Source: Candidatus Dojkabacteria bacterium (GTDB lineage: Bacteria > Patescibacteriota > Dojkabacteria > B142 > OLB20). Taken from it: a DNA stretch of 64,000 nucleotides. Each line of letters opens with the position of its first letter. The stretch's first letter is position 1. The notes under the pieces were generated by a model. The model had not been told where the DNA came from, did no database searches, and worked only from the letters and a program-made list of their open reading frames with translations. Shown here one piece after another: positions 49,747-59,592 of this stretch. The stretch covers positions 543,559-607,558 of the forward strand of contig CP129475.1 of assembly GCA_030583785.1 (NCBI GenBank), written 5' to 3'. The position numbers and the translations under genes were made by a program.

Positions 49747-50400
49747 TTAGCTCTCAGCTTTTGCAGTTTCTTCTGCAGGGGCTGCTTCTGCACCTTCTCC
49801 TTCAGCAACTTCACCTTCTATCTCTGTAGCCTCTTCTTCAAGAGTCTTTTGAGGTGCTGCAATATAAGCTATGACCGAAGATTCAAGGTCTGCAGCGTCA
49901 AGTTCCACTCCCTTTGGTAGTTCGATATCCTTAGCATGAATTGAATCACCAACCTGCTCTAATTTTGAGATATCAACAACAAATTCAGAAGGAAGGTCGT
50001 CTGGAAGACAGTAAACTGTAAGTTCGTCTACCTGATTAACAAGCAATCCTAGGTTATTTTTTACTGCAGGTGATTCACCGGTAATCACAACAGGAATATC
50101 GGCCATAATTGGCTTGGTCATATCTACCTGATACAGAGATACACTGATCACCTCTTGAAAAAGAGGATCAGTTTGCACCTCTTTAACGAGTGCTCGACCC
50201 GACTTCTTATCGTCTACGCTAAGATCGATTAGGTTGCTGTATCCAACTTTGTCGAATAGCTTATTAAACACCTTTGCATCGATTTCGAAAGAAATCGGCT
50301 CAGTTTTTGGTCCATAAACAGACCCAGGAATTTTTCCTTCTTTTCTTAGGTGCTTTACCTTTTTGCCGCTCACCTTACGGCTTGAAACATTTAGCTTCAT
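49747..50400 (-). CDS. rplY: 50S ribosomal protein L25 (Ctc/general stress form with acidic C-terminal extension)
   Basis: MKLNVSSRKVSGKKVKHLRKEGKIPGSVYG, typical L25 N-terminus. Acidic tail. Confidence 0.8.
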   Translation of the reverse strand: MKLNVSSRKVSGKKVKHLRKEGKIPGSVYGPKTEPISFEIDAKVFNKLFDKVGYSNLIDLSVDDKKSGRALVKEVQTDPLFQEVISVSLYQVDMTKPIMADIPVVITGESPAVKNNLGLLVNQVDELTVYCLPDDLPSEFVVDISKLEQVGDSIHAKDIELPKGVELDAADLESSVIAYIAAPQKTLEEEATEIEGEVAEGEGAEAAPAEETAKAES

Positions 50401-50428
50401 GAATTCTTCTTAACAATAATGATAAAAA

Positions 50429-50961
50429 CTAGGCAGCCTTTTTAATAATAATTCTTCTGTCTTCACCTTCTCCGACACTTTCTGTAACTATCCCTTCTTC
50501 TTGTTTTAAACACATATGCACCACTCTGCGTTCAGATGGTTTCATAGGAGGAAGTTCCATTTCTTGACCTGACTCCTTAACCTGATCTGCCGCTCTGAGA
50601 GCATAGCTTTTTAGATATCGTTCTCTGCTTTCTTTATAATCGTTTACCTCGAGCAGAATTCTAATATCGTCTTCTACCTGTAATTCTTTTGATAACATCA
50701 AGCCGAGAATTACCTGTATTGATTCAAGGTTTTTTCCGTGATGACAATCAGCTCGTTAAGATTGTCTCCCAGAAACTGAATGTTCACATAAGTTACATTG
50801 CGTCCGTTATCGTCGTCTCCGAAAGAAACTTTAACTTCTGCATCGAGACCCAACTGCGTAAGAAAATCTTCTGCCAGACTCTTAGCTATGCTTAATATCT
50901 GCTCATCCTTCATGTTCAGGTGATTTAGATTTAGAACTAAAATGCGCAAAAACTTTATCAC
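50429..50961 (-). pseudogene. khpB: khpB/jag (KH + R3H RNA-binding protein) interrupted by an apparent +1/-1 frameshift
   Basis: Upstream ORF (50710..50961) gives AEDFLTQLGLDAEVKVSF...VNIQFLGDNLNELIVI, the start of the KH domain. The frame of the downstream ORF (50429..50701) reads ..DCHHGKNLESIQVILGL.., the continuation of the KH motif (LIGRxGxTLDALQ). It continues into R3H (LPPMKPSERRVVHMCL...GEGEDRRIII). The KH domain is therefore split across two frames near 50740-50750. Confidence 0.55.
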
Positions 50962-52192
50962 GATTAGTGATAAGCTGCTCGATTATAGCAAATGCGCTCT
51001 GTCCAGTCCAGAAGAGGCTTACACCAGTAGGAAATATACTCGCCCCACCCAGAAAGCCCAAGGACATAAGTATTGTTATGACAGGGAAAATAAACATCAT
51101 CTGTTTTGTTGAAGACTGCATCAGCTCTGCGAAATCAGGCTCCTCTTCCTTGCCGTCTTCTTTCTTTTTATTTTTTTTGTCTGGTTTATCGCTCTTCTCT
51201 TCTTCTGGCTTGGCAAATGTAGAAAAGCCCATCTGAATTCTTGATGAGATGTATTGAGTCACACCTACAGCAACCGATATAACAATATACGGCATGACGA
51301 CAGCAAGATTAGAAAAACCGTAATCTGTTGCCACCCTAGATAGATCTGCCCCAATGAATTCGAGATTGAGAGCGATTCCCTGAGTGTAGGAGTATTCATC
51401 GTTCTCTAGTTCTATTCCATTTATAGAAATGACCAGCTTGTCGTATTCAATGGTTTGCATTGATGGCGGCCTTAGAAAAACATTAAGCTCTTTAACATCT
51501 GCGGATAAAACTTGGCCATTTTGGAAGTTTTTTACAAAGATGGCAATATTTGCCAACCTTTGCTCGGCAAGTTTTTTGTCTTTCTCTGCTCTTTGCTCCT
51601 CGTTCAAATTATTAGTTTTGTCGTTGATGCTTTCTTGTAAATCTTTAGTCCTGTCAGTGTCGTTTGTCCTTGCAAATGTGAACGATTGCTCAAGAACCGC
51701 GCCATCAGAGGCAGTAACCTTAAAATCAATAGTTTGTAGATCTTCTGTAAATTCTTCGGGCAACTTTATTGTAACTGAGTCTTCTGGGAGTTTAAGAGCT
51801 TCGACATAGGCGACCTCGTTATAAGCATGAACACCTTGATTAACAAGATTAATAATCACATTTCTAACTTGGACAAGTAGAATGATGACAATTATCAGGT
51901 TTAGACATCCGCCAAGTTGCCCCGGAAGAAATTCTGCCTGAAGCTTTGCCATCTCTTTTGCTAATGCTTCTTGATCGTTCTTATATTTATCTTTTACTTC
52001 TTTTGTTTTCTTCTGAAATTCTTTGCTTTTCTCTGCTGACTTCATTTGCTTTCTTGTCAGCGGAAATGTGATCAGCTTAGCAATTAAAGCGACAAGCAGA
52101 ATCGCGATGCCTAGATTCTCTACTAATAGCTGATAGATCAGCATCAGCAGATTAAATATCGGAACATAAAAAAAGTTGTGAAATATATCCAT
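50903..52192 (-). CDS. yidC: membrane protein insertase YidC/Oxa1 family
   Basis: GIAILLVALIAKLITFPLTRKQMKS..K..KEV...Y..D...L..EM..LQ.EF.P.Q.LGGCL..I matches the YidC core TM2-loop-TM3 pattern. It lies immediately upstream of khpB/jag, the conserved yidC-jag arrangement. Confidence 0.8.
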   Translation of the reverse strand: MDIFHNFFYVPIFNLLMLIYQLLVENLGIAILLVALIAKLITFPLTRKQMKSAEKSKEFQKKTKEVKDKYKNDQEALAKEMAKLQAEFLPGQLGGCLNLIIVIILLVQVRNVIINLVNQGVHAYNEVAYVEALKLPEDSVTIKLPEEFTEDLQTIDFKVTASDGAVLEQSFTFARTNDTDRTKDLQESINDKTNNLNEEQRAEKDKKLAEQRLANIAIFVKNFQNGQVLSADVKELNVFLRPPSMQTIEYDKLVISINGIELENDEYSYTQGIALNLEFIGADLSRVATDYGFSNLAVVMPYIVISVAVGVTQYISSRIQMGFSTFAKPEEEKSDKPDKKNKKKEDGKEEEPDFAELMQSSTKQMMFIFPVITILMSLGFLGGASIFPTGVSLFWTGQSAFAIIEQLITNRDKVFAHFSSKSKSPEHEG

Positions 52193-52241
52193 TAATTGGG
52201 ATTAAACGATAGATTCTAACAGATTTGCTTATTATACACAT

Positions 52242-52616
52242 CTACGCAAGTTTCTTTTGGTATTCGATCGCTTTGTTTGTAAGATCGAGAGCCTCGTCGA
52301 TTTGCCCGTTTTCTATAAGTTTTTTCACTTTATCTTCAACGGCTTGTTTTAACTTTTGTTCATATTCAATCATAATGGGGACAACCGCCCTGCTTAGTTC
52401 TTCGAAATGATCGTCGAGTGTGGGAATTACTTCGATTAACCTTTGATAGTCAATGCCTTTTGGTAGCTTTTCTAAAACCAGCTTTGCAATATCTGTTGCC
52501 CTTTGCTCGGTCATTTCTCCTCCTTCTACCTGCTTAGAGATAATTTCTAGAATAGATTGCTGAACTCTTTCTCTAAGTTGATCGGCTTTTTGTTGTTCGT
52601 TGTTTTGATTATCCAT
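52242..52616 (-). CDS. hypothetical helical protein
   Basis: 124-aa ORF, charged/helical, no motif recognised. Confidence 0.35.
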   Translation of the reverse strand: MDNQNNEQQKADQLRERVQQSILEIISKQVEGGEMTEQRATDIAKLVLEKLPKGIDYQRLIEVIPTLDDHFEELSRAVVPIMIEYEQKLKQAVEDKVKKLIENGQIDEALDLTNKAIEYQKKLA

Positions 52617-52619
52617 AGT

Positions 52620-52967
52620 TTATTGTGTTTGTCTGTTAGGAACCATGACATCTTCAATTTCGTCAACATTCTTGTAGATTAGAGCTAGTGCCTTCATGAT
52701 TTCTTTAACATTAACATCATTATACTCTACAAGTTTTTTTGTGTGCTCAACTTCTCGCAGAATTCTATTAATTAATTCTTCTCTTTTTACAGATTGATTC
52801 AAAACATCGGTGACTTGCTCATGCAAGAGTTTTCCTTGCGAAATACCCAATTCTCGTTTTAATTCCTCAACGGTTCTTTTTAGTTCACGCAATTCTGGAA
52901 AAACTGTGTCCCACTGTCTTTTTAGATTATTAAAGTCATTGATTAATTGTTGAAGTTTTGGATCCAT
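52620..52967 (-). CDS. hypothetical coiled-coil protein
   Basis: 115-aa ORF with heptad-like K/E/L pattern. Confidence 0.35.
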   Translation of the reverse strand: MDPKLQQLINDFNNLKRQWDTVFPELRELKRTVEELKRELGISQGKLLHEQVTDVLNQSVKREELINRILREVEHTKKLVEYNDVNVKEIMKALALIYKNVDEIEDVMVPNRQTQ

Positions 52968-52969
52968 TT

Positions 52970-53914
52970 TTAATCTATTAGTTGCTGGTCTAAATAATTG
53001 CGCATCTCTTGAGCAATTTTAGCTAAATCTGAATTAGCCGGCAAAGCGAATCCACAGGCGCCCTTGTGTCCTCCTGCACTACTAGGACTAATACTCTTTG
53101 CCATATTTAGTAGGTCGTATTCTTTTGCTTCTGGGTTAATGGCATTTCTATACAAACCAATCTTTACACGATTATCTTTTGCGGGCTTTGCTATGGCAAT
53201 GGCTGATACATCTTTGTGTCTTGAGACAAACAAATAGCTATGTAGCTTTAAATCTTCGGCGTAAGAGCTAAAGTCAATAAACAATAGGTCTCCCAGCAAT
53301 GTTTCGTGCTTGCTGGCATAACTTTGTGCCTGTTCTTGTTTGGATCTTGTTTCTTGCAGATAAGTTTTAATCGCTTGGTTATTCCAAACGGTTTGGGGTG
53401 AATATTTGCTGAATAATTGAACAAGCAACTGGTTAATTGCATGGTTATTTCGATCAATTGACAGGGCAATATCTAATAAGGGTGATCTCTGCTCAATATC
53501 TGCCAAACTGATTTTACCTCCGTCGATTTTATCGACTTCTTGAATATAGTCTGCAAACAACGACAGATCAGAAACATGCTTAAAATACTCATATACTATC
53601 CGTGAGGCACTGTCTGCAACTTGCCATCTCCCCGGGAAAGATTCGGTTTCGGGCTTATTGCTGTCATGATGGTCAAAATACAGTCCGCAGCCTTCAATAT
53701 ACATTAGGTCAGAAATTACTGTTTTGCTGTCAATACTGGTTACAAGTTCACCAGCTCGTATTTGCGCTGATTCGGTTAGATAAACTTCTGCCTGTTGATA
53801 GACATTAAGAAGGATTGCCGCACAAACGATTCCGTCAAGATCACTATCTGAAAGAATCTTGTTGATTTCATACATTCCTGGGGCTGCTGGATCGTATCCG
53901 TAAACTTTACTCAA
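52970..53914 (-). CDS. nrnA: DHH-family phosphoesterase (NrnA-like oligoribonuclease/pAp phosphatase)
   Basis: DHH motifs DSDLDGIVCAAIL and FDHHD. DHHA1 GGH motif AGGHKGACGF. Confidence 0.7.
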   Translation of the reverse strand: MSKVYGYDPAAPGMYEINKILSDSDLDGIVCAAILLNVYQQAEVYLTESAQIRAGELVTSIDSKTVISDLMYIEGCGLYFDHHDSNKPETESFPGRWQVADSASRIVYEYFKHVSDLSLFADYIQEVDKIDGGKISLADIEQRSPLLDIALSIDRNNHAINQLLVQLFSKYSPQTVWNNQAIKTYLQETRSKQEQAQSYASKHETLLGDLLFIDFSSYAEDLKLHSYLFVSRHKDVSAIAIAKPAKDNRVKIGLYRNAINPEAKEYDLLNMAKSISPSSAGGHKGACGFALPANSDLAKIAQEMRNYLDQQLID

Positions 53915-53953
53915 TTTAAATCAATAATCTGTTAGATTATAACATTCAAATCT

Positions 53954-54514
53954 TTAGGCAACTAAACTTTCGCGTCCGGATTTAAGAATCTTTGCTTTCT
54001 TTACAAGATCTAGGACTGCTTTCTCGACTTCAGTTGCAATTTGAGGGTTAAGTAGCTCTCCAGACTCATCAAATTGTTCTTGTACTTTGTAAAAATGGAT
54101 GTCTCTGGAGCCGACATAAATATCAAGAGCCCGAAGTACTGGCAACAATGCTTCAATTACCCGAACTCCACCCCACATACCGCTAGACACACCTGCGATT
54201 ATTGCCGGCTTAATTCGATAAGGGGACAAATCCTTCTCTGCATCAAGGATTCGTTTCAATGATGGAGGAAAACTGTGGTTGTATTCTGGAGTAACAAAAA
54301 TAAAACCATCTGCCTGTTTTATCTTCTCTTGAAAGTCTGGATTAAGAGAAGCGGTTCCATCTTCGGGTAGATTAAGATTACGCGGGTCGATAATTTCGGT
54401 TGTAATATCTTCTGAGATTTGTACAACAATCTTTTCTACAGCCTTGGCTGCAAGCTCTGACATTCTACCTTCTCTAGTTGTTCCAAGTATTATTGGGAGA
54501 TAAATCTTATTCAT
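53954..54514 (-). CDS. NAD(P)H-dependent FMN reductase (flavodoxin-like fold)
   Basis: MNKIYLPIILGTTREG...ADGFIFVTPEYNHSFPPSLKRILD, a pattern typical of the SsuE/ArsH-type FMN reductase family. Confidence 0.6.
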   Translation of the reverse strand: MNKIYLPIILGTTREGRMSELAAKAVEKIVVQISEDITTEIIDPRNLNLPEDGTASLNPDFQEKIKQADGFIFVTPEYNHSFPPSLKRILDAEKDLSPYRIKPAIIAGVSSGMWGGVRVIEALLPVLRALDIYVGSRDIHFYKVQEQFDESGELLNPQIATEVEKAVLDLVKKAKILKSGRESLVA

Positions 54515-55304
54515 TTGTTCTGGTATTTAATGGTTCGATGAATTCGATGCTTGCCAGCATATCATCAATTAAGGCCTTTTGCTTAAGCGAATCAGTGCCG
54601 CCAATTGCAATTACATAATCTCTTCCAGCCACGGAATAAAATATATAGTCTGCTATTCCGCTATTTTTTCTTTCAATTCTTGCCTGCGTTATGTCCTTCC
54701 CGTTCAATTTTCTAGTCTGCACATCATCAAGAAGGAAATCATTGCCGAAACTAAATGTACCCCTAAAATCTAGGTTACTTATATAGTCTTTACTATTTTC
54801 TCTGTCGAAAGCAAAGAGCGACTCACTGGTTTTACTGCTTAGAAAGGGCATGAAAAAGATCGCAAGTCCCTCGTAGGTAGTGAAATCAGTGAATGAATCC
54901 GTTCCTGCTTTAAAGCTACCACATGTATCGAATTCGCCTCTTTTACCGGGTTGCCATTCAGCAGGTGCTTTTAGCCTAATCTGACAATCCGACAGAATAT
55001 AACTGATCCATCCCTCGTATGTATCTGGATCTTGTGCAGTTTCAGTTGGAGTAACGGTTACAGTTATGGTTGCGACAGGTGTATTTGTGACTAGCGCAGG
55101 AGTAGGCGAAACTACTCCATTTGCTGATCCGTCACCCCGAAGAACGAATCCGCTCACAAAGCCAACGCTGCCACACAGACATCCAAATAATATGGTTACG
55201 AGTAGTAGAAGTTTTGGCGAAAGCCCTTTTTTGATTTGGATCTGCTGAGCTGGCAATTGTGGATTGTTTATTTCGTTCATAATATCAAGGATAACACATT
55301 GCAA
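54507..55304 (-). CDS. hypothetical membrane-anchored/secreted protein with Thr/Val/Pro linker
   Basis: N-terminal hydrophobic segment (LLLLVTILFGCLCGSVGFVSGFVL). A TPVATITVTVTPTETAQDP linker. No recognisable domain. Confidence 0.35.
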   Translation of the reverse strand: MQCVILDIMNEINNPQLPAQQIQIKKGLSPKLLLLVTILFGCLCGSVGFVSGFVLRGDGSANGVVSPTPALVTNTPVATITVTVTPTETAQDPDTYEGWISYILSDCQIRLKAPAEWQPGKRGEFDTCGSFKAGTDSFTDFTTYEGLAIFFMPFLSSKTSESLFAFDRENSKDYISNLDFRGTFSFGNDFLLDDVQTRKLNGKDITQARIERKNSGIADYIFYSVAGRDYVIAIGGTDSLKQKALIDDMLASIEFIEPLNTRTNE

Positions 55305-55348
55305 AGTAGATGTTTAACTGGCACAATTTTACTTATAGATTCAATTAA

Positions 55349-57709
55349 ATGACTGCCCTGCCCAAGTACTTAAACAACGAAGACCTTGTCGCCTTAAATA
55401 AATACCTGCGTCTTGCAGATTATATAGGTGCAGCACAGCTATACCTCAAAGACAACCAGCTGCTAGAAGAAGAACTTAAGCCAGAACATATTAAAGAAAG
55501 AATACTTGGCCACTGGGGAACAGTTCCCGGGCTAAACTTCATCTATGCTTGTTTGAACTTAGTCATAAAGCATAGAAAACAAGAAACAATGTTTATTGCT
55601 GGTCCCGGTCATGGGTATCCGTCATTACTGGCAAATCTATATCTCGAAGAATCGCTGGCAAACTTTTATCCGGACTATCGAGTCGGCAAAGAAAGCTTAA
55701 AAAGACTTATCAGAGAATTTAGCTGGCCCGGAGGTTTCCCTAGCCATTCAAACCCAGAAACGCCTGGTGCAATCCACGAAGGAGGCGAGCTTGGCTACGC
55801 ACTTTCAACTGCATTTGGAGCGGCTTTTGATAACCCAAACCTCGTTGTTGCCTGTGTTGTTGGAGATGGAGAAGCAGAAACGGGTCCAACAGCAGCAGCC
55901 TGGCACAGCACAAAATTCTTAAATCCTCTTACTGATGGAGCGGTCCTTCCGATTCTGCACATCAACAAATTCAAGATTTCTGGTCCAACAATATTTGGCA
56001 CAATGGATGACGAAGAACTTGAAAACTTGTTTAAAGGATACGGATACAAGCCATACATCGTTTCTGGAGACATTCTATACGAACCTATGCTTTCTGCCCT
56101 CGATTCTGCGATTACTGATATTAAAGACATTCAAAGCCAGGCAATTTCTGGAAGCTATCCGCTAAAACCGAAATGGCCAGTCATTCTTCTAAGATCAAAA
56201 AAAGGATGGAATGGGCCAAAAGAATTAAAGGGACTTCCGATCGAGGATTCGTTTCGATCACACGGAATACCTTTAGAAAAAGTTAAAAAAGACGAAACAG
56301 AGTTCTCTGTTTTAAAAAACTGGCTCGAAAGCTACGAACTATCAGAACTGCTAGATGCTGAATTTAAACCCATTCCAGAAATTCTCGACATTCTGCCGGA
56401 AAAAGACCTGCGCATGGGTATGACTAAACACGGCAATGGCGGAGCAATAGCTAAAGAACTTATTCTACCAGACCTACAAATATACGAATACAGTTCGTTT
56501 GAGCCGGCAAAAGAATATGCCAGTAGTATGGGTCGACTTGGTGAATATCTGCGCGATGTAATCAAGCTCAACCCTCGCAACTTCAGAATCATGTCACCCG
56601 ACGAAACCGAATCCAACAAACTTCATTCACTTTTTGAAGTTACAGACAGAGGATATATGTGGCCTGTTCCTTTTGGATCAGAGAATATCGGTCCCGAAGG
56701 CAGAGTCATGGAAATATTAAGCGAACACACTCTGCAAGGTTGGCTTCAGGGATATACACTCACCGGTCGCCATGGTGTATTTATTTCCTACGAGGCATTT
56801 ATGATGATTGTCGCCAGTATGGTAGATCAATACAGCAAATTCCTTAAGCAATCAGATCTTATAAGCTGGAGATCCCCTGTTCCATCAATGAATATTGTGT
56901 TAACCAGCAATGCATGGAGACAAGATCATAATGGCTTTTCGCATCAAAACCCGGGATTTATCAGTTCAGTTTTAAATGACCAGTGCAACAAAGTGAATGT
57001 TCACTTCCCTGCCGATGCGAATATGTTACTGGCAACTATGGAAGACTGTTTGAGGACTAAAAACATGGTGAATGTGATAATCACCGGCAAGCGAGAACTT
57101 CCGCAGTATATGTCTATTCAAGAAGCCAGACTGCAAATCAAATCAGGAATAAATCGATGGGTTTGGGCGGGGAATCATGATTCTGACCCAGATGTCGTGT
57201 TTGTTGCAACAGGAGACTACATGACACAAGAAACTCTTGCTGCCATAAAGATCCTTAAAGAGATTGCGCCCGAAATGCGAACTCGCTTTATAAATATTAG
57301 CGAACTTACCTGCTTTGGAATTGGAGATAATCGCAATTTATGCAGAATTAGCCTTAGAGAATTTCGAGAATTGTTTACAGCAGATCGTGAAATAATCTAT
57401 AACTACCATGGTTATCCAGAAGACATCAAGCATCTAATTTACAATCATCCCGATGCTCATAGATTCCACATCAAAGGCTATGTTGAGAAAGGCACAACAA
57501 CAACCCCATTTGATATGGTCGTGCAAAATGGAACAGATCGTTACTCCTTGGCGATCGAAGCGATTGAATACGCATCGGCTGTTAACAACGAGATCCTCAT
57601 AAAGAAAGGAACGCTACAAAAACAACTTGAAGATATACTTGAAAAACATAGGCACTTTATAAAAGAGCACGGAGAAGATATACCCGAAGTTACAGAATTT
57701 AAGCTCTAA
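55349..57709 (+). CDS. xfp: xylulose-5-phosphate/fructose-6-phosphate phosphoketolase
   Basis: Canonical XFP N-terminus (LRLADYIGAAQLYLKDN...GHWGTVPGLNFIYACLN...IAGPGHGYPSLLANLYLE). The 786-aa length is also typical. Confidence 0.9.
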   Translation: MTALPKYLNNEDLVALNKYLRLADYIGAAQLYLKDNQLLEEELKPEHIKERILGHWGTVPGLNFIYACLNLVIKHRKQETMFIAGPGHGYPSLLANLYLEESLANFYPDYRVGKESLKRLIREFSWPGGFPSHSNPETPGAIHEGGELGYALSTAFGAAFDNPNLVVACVVGDGEAETGPTAAAWHSTKFLNPLTDGAVLPILHINKFKISGPTIFGTMDDEELENLFKGYGYKPYIVSGDILYEPMLSALDSAITDIKDIQSQAISGSYPLKPKWPVILLRSKKGWNGPKELKGLPIEDSFRSHGIPLEKVKKDETEFSVLKNWLESYELSELLDAEFKPIPEILDILPEKDLRMGMTKHGNGGAIAKELILPDLQIYEYSSFEPAKEYASSMGRLGEYLRDVIKLNPRNFRIMSPDETESNKLHSLFEVTDRGYMWPVPFGSENIGPEGRVMEILSEHTLQGWLQGYTLTGRHGVFISYEAFMMIVASMVDQYSKFLKQSDLISWRSPVPSMNIVLTSNAWRQDHNGFSHQNPGFISSVLNDQCNKVNVHFPADANMLLATMEDCLRTKNMVNVIITGKRELPQYMSIQEARLQIKSGINRWVWAGNHDSDPDVVFVATGDYMTQETLAAIKILKEIAPEMRTRFINISELTCFGIGDNRNLCRISLREFRELFTADREIIYNYHGYPEDIKHLIYNHPDAHRFHIKGYVEKGTTTTPFDMVVQNGTDRYSLAIEAIEYASAVNNEILIKKGTLQKQLEDILEKHRHFIKEHGEDIPEVTEFKL

Positions 57710-57711
57710 CA

Positions 57712-58869
57712 ATGGCAATACTTGTTGTTAACGCTGGCAGTACAACAATCAAATACAAGCTGTTTAGTAAAGATCTTACAGAGATTTTATCTGGAGTATT
57801 AGATAAAACTGATAACGATGTAGAATCCACCCTGAAAAAAGACGGAAGTAAGTACGAATGGGTTGTTAATCAAGAAGTATTTCAAAGCCCTGCAAGCACG
57901 ATATTAAACGAGGTGAAAGAACATCAACTCGATTTTATTGCATTTCGTGTAGTGCATGGTGGAGAAGATTTTAGAGAACCTCAACTTATTAGTACTGAAG
58001 TGCTAGAAAAGCTGGAGAAACTAAACAATCTGGCTCCGCTTCACAATCCACCTGCAATACGGGTAATTAGAGACTTCACTTCCAGTATTAATCTGCCGAT
58101 GTACGCTGTTTTTGACACTGCTTATCATGCAACAATGCCACCTGAATCATATCTGTATTCGATCCCCTTTGAATTCTATAGCAAGCATAAGATCAGAAAG
58201 TACGGTTTTCATGGAACCTCTCATAAATATGTGCACAACAGAATCAAATCATTAGAGACAAGAAGCTCTAAGATAGTTAGCTGCCACCTTGGCGGAGGTG
58301 CAAGTATAACCGCTATAGATAATGGAATAGTCATGGATACATCAATGGGCTTTACACCACTAGAAGGCTTAACAATGGCCACCAGAAGTGGAGACATTGA
58401 TGCCGGAGTTGTAATGTATATGGCAAGGGAGTTAAAGATTCCTATAGAAGAAATCAACGAGATTCTCAATAAGAAAAGTGGATTACTTGGTATTAGCGGA
58501 ATGACTTCTGATATGCGTGTTCTTCTGCAAGAGGAAGCAGCCGGCAACGAACGGGCACATCAAGCTATAGAAACATATATATACGATGTGCGCAGATATA
58601 TCGGAAGTTACATTGCCCTGCTCGGTGGCATTGATGTTCTCGCATTCACGGCCGGGATAGGACAAGGTTCTGATGTTATCAGGACAAGAGTCTGCGCCAA
58701 CCTCGAAAATTTCGGAATTATTTTAGACGAAACTATTAACACCGGAAAGATAAATGTATCCGAAGACCTCAAAATAAGTCTGCCTGCTTCTGTTCCTGTT
58801 TGGGTAATAGCAACAAATGAAGAATGGCAGATAGCAACGGAGGCAAGAGATTTATTCTCTTCTAGATAG
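57712..58869 (+). CDS. ackA: acetate kinase
   Basis: MAILVVNAGSTTIKYKLF N-terminus. AFRVVHGG, HLGGGASITAI and FTAGIG motifs. Begins 3 nt after the xfp stop. Confidence 0.9.
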   Translation: MAILVVNAGSTTIKYKLFSKDLTEILSGVLDKTDNDVESTLKKDGSKYEWVVNQEVFQSPASTILNEVKEHQLDFIAFRVVHGGEDFREPQLISTEVLEKLEKLNNLAPLHNPPAIRVIRDFTSSINLPMYAVFDTAYHATMPPESYLYSIPFEFYSKHKIRKYGFHGTSHKYVHNRIKSLETRSSKIVSCHLGGGASITAIDNGIVMDTSMGFTPLEGLTMATRSGDIDAGVVMYMARELKIPIEEINEILNKKSGLLGISGMTSDMRVLLQEEAAGNERAHQAIETYIYDVRRYIGSYIALLGGIDVLAFTAGIGQGSDVIRTRVCANLENFGIILDETINTGKINVSEDLKISLPASVPVWVIATNEEWQIATEARDLFSSR

Positions 58870-59587
58870 ACTTCTTTCGTTTTTGATGAAAGTATAGAGC
58901 AATTCTGAGAACGAACACCAAAATGACAAACACCATTAGAATTAAACTATGCGGTGGAAGTCCATTTGGTTCGGAAAGCCAGTTCGTCCAAACATTAAAT
59001 CTCTTTAGTCCGAAATGAATAACGATTAATGCATAAGCAAAATAGCCAAGATATCTAAGCTGTTTTCGCCACATTAGTCCCCCAAGTTCAAGCATTGAGT
59101 ATTTATTTGAAATGATTGTCATATAGGCAAAAATTCCAAGCGAGGCCAAGGCAGAAAGGAAGGCCCAAGAATTCGAGATTAGCATTTCCCCCACTCGCCA
59201 ATTGTATTCTAAATCAAAACTTGGCTGAGGAGCTGATGGAATCAATAAATAGTTAACTAATGAGAACAGTGAATGACTGAAAACATAGTAAAAACCTACA
59301 AGACCTAGGTATTTTCGGTAGACAACTTTTGTATCTACAAAATTCCAAAAGTAAGTGAGTCCGGAAAGTGCAAAAGACAAACCAATTAAATACATGCCGG
59401 TAAAAGAAAACACTATGTTGAGTTGATAAACATCGAGCCTTATCCCTTTTACAGTTTGGTATGCTGCAAGGAGAAAAACGAGCACAAACGAAAAAAGTAT
59501 TGTGTTAACCCAATAACGGTTATCGTTGGGTTGAGTTATTTTCGCGGTGATTTTGTTGTGCTTTTCAGCAAAAGTACCGGTAGCCAT
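58862..59587 (-). CDS. polytopic membrane protein (hypothetical)
   Basis: 241 aa with ~6 TM helices. No motif recognised. Confidence 0.35.
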   Translation of the reverse strand: MATGTFAEKHNKITAKITQPNDNRYWVNTILFSFVLVFLLAAYQTVKGIRLDVYQLNIVFSFTGMYLIGLSFALSGLTYFWNFVDTKVVYRKYLGLVGFYYVFSHSLFSLVNYLLIPSAPQPSFDLEYNWRVGEMLISNSWAFLSALASLGIFAYMTIISNKYSMLELGGLMWRKQLRYLGYFAYALIVIHFGLKRFNVWTNWLSEPNGLPPHSLILMVFVILVFVLRIALYFHQKRKKSI

Positions 59588-59592
59588 ATTTA

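Noticed and set aside
50429-50961. Interpretation of the two khpB ORFs as two separate small genes (Jag_N-like and R3H protein)
   Set aside because: The KH-domain consensus is split between the two reading frames across the junction, which is characteristic of a frameshift rather than a natural gene boundary.
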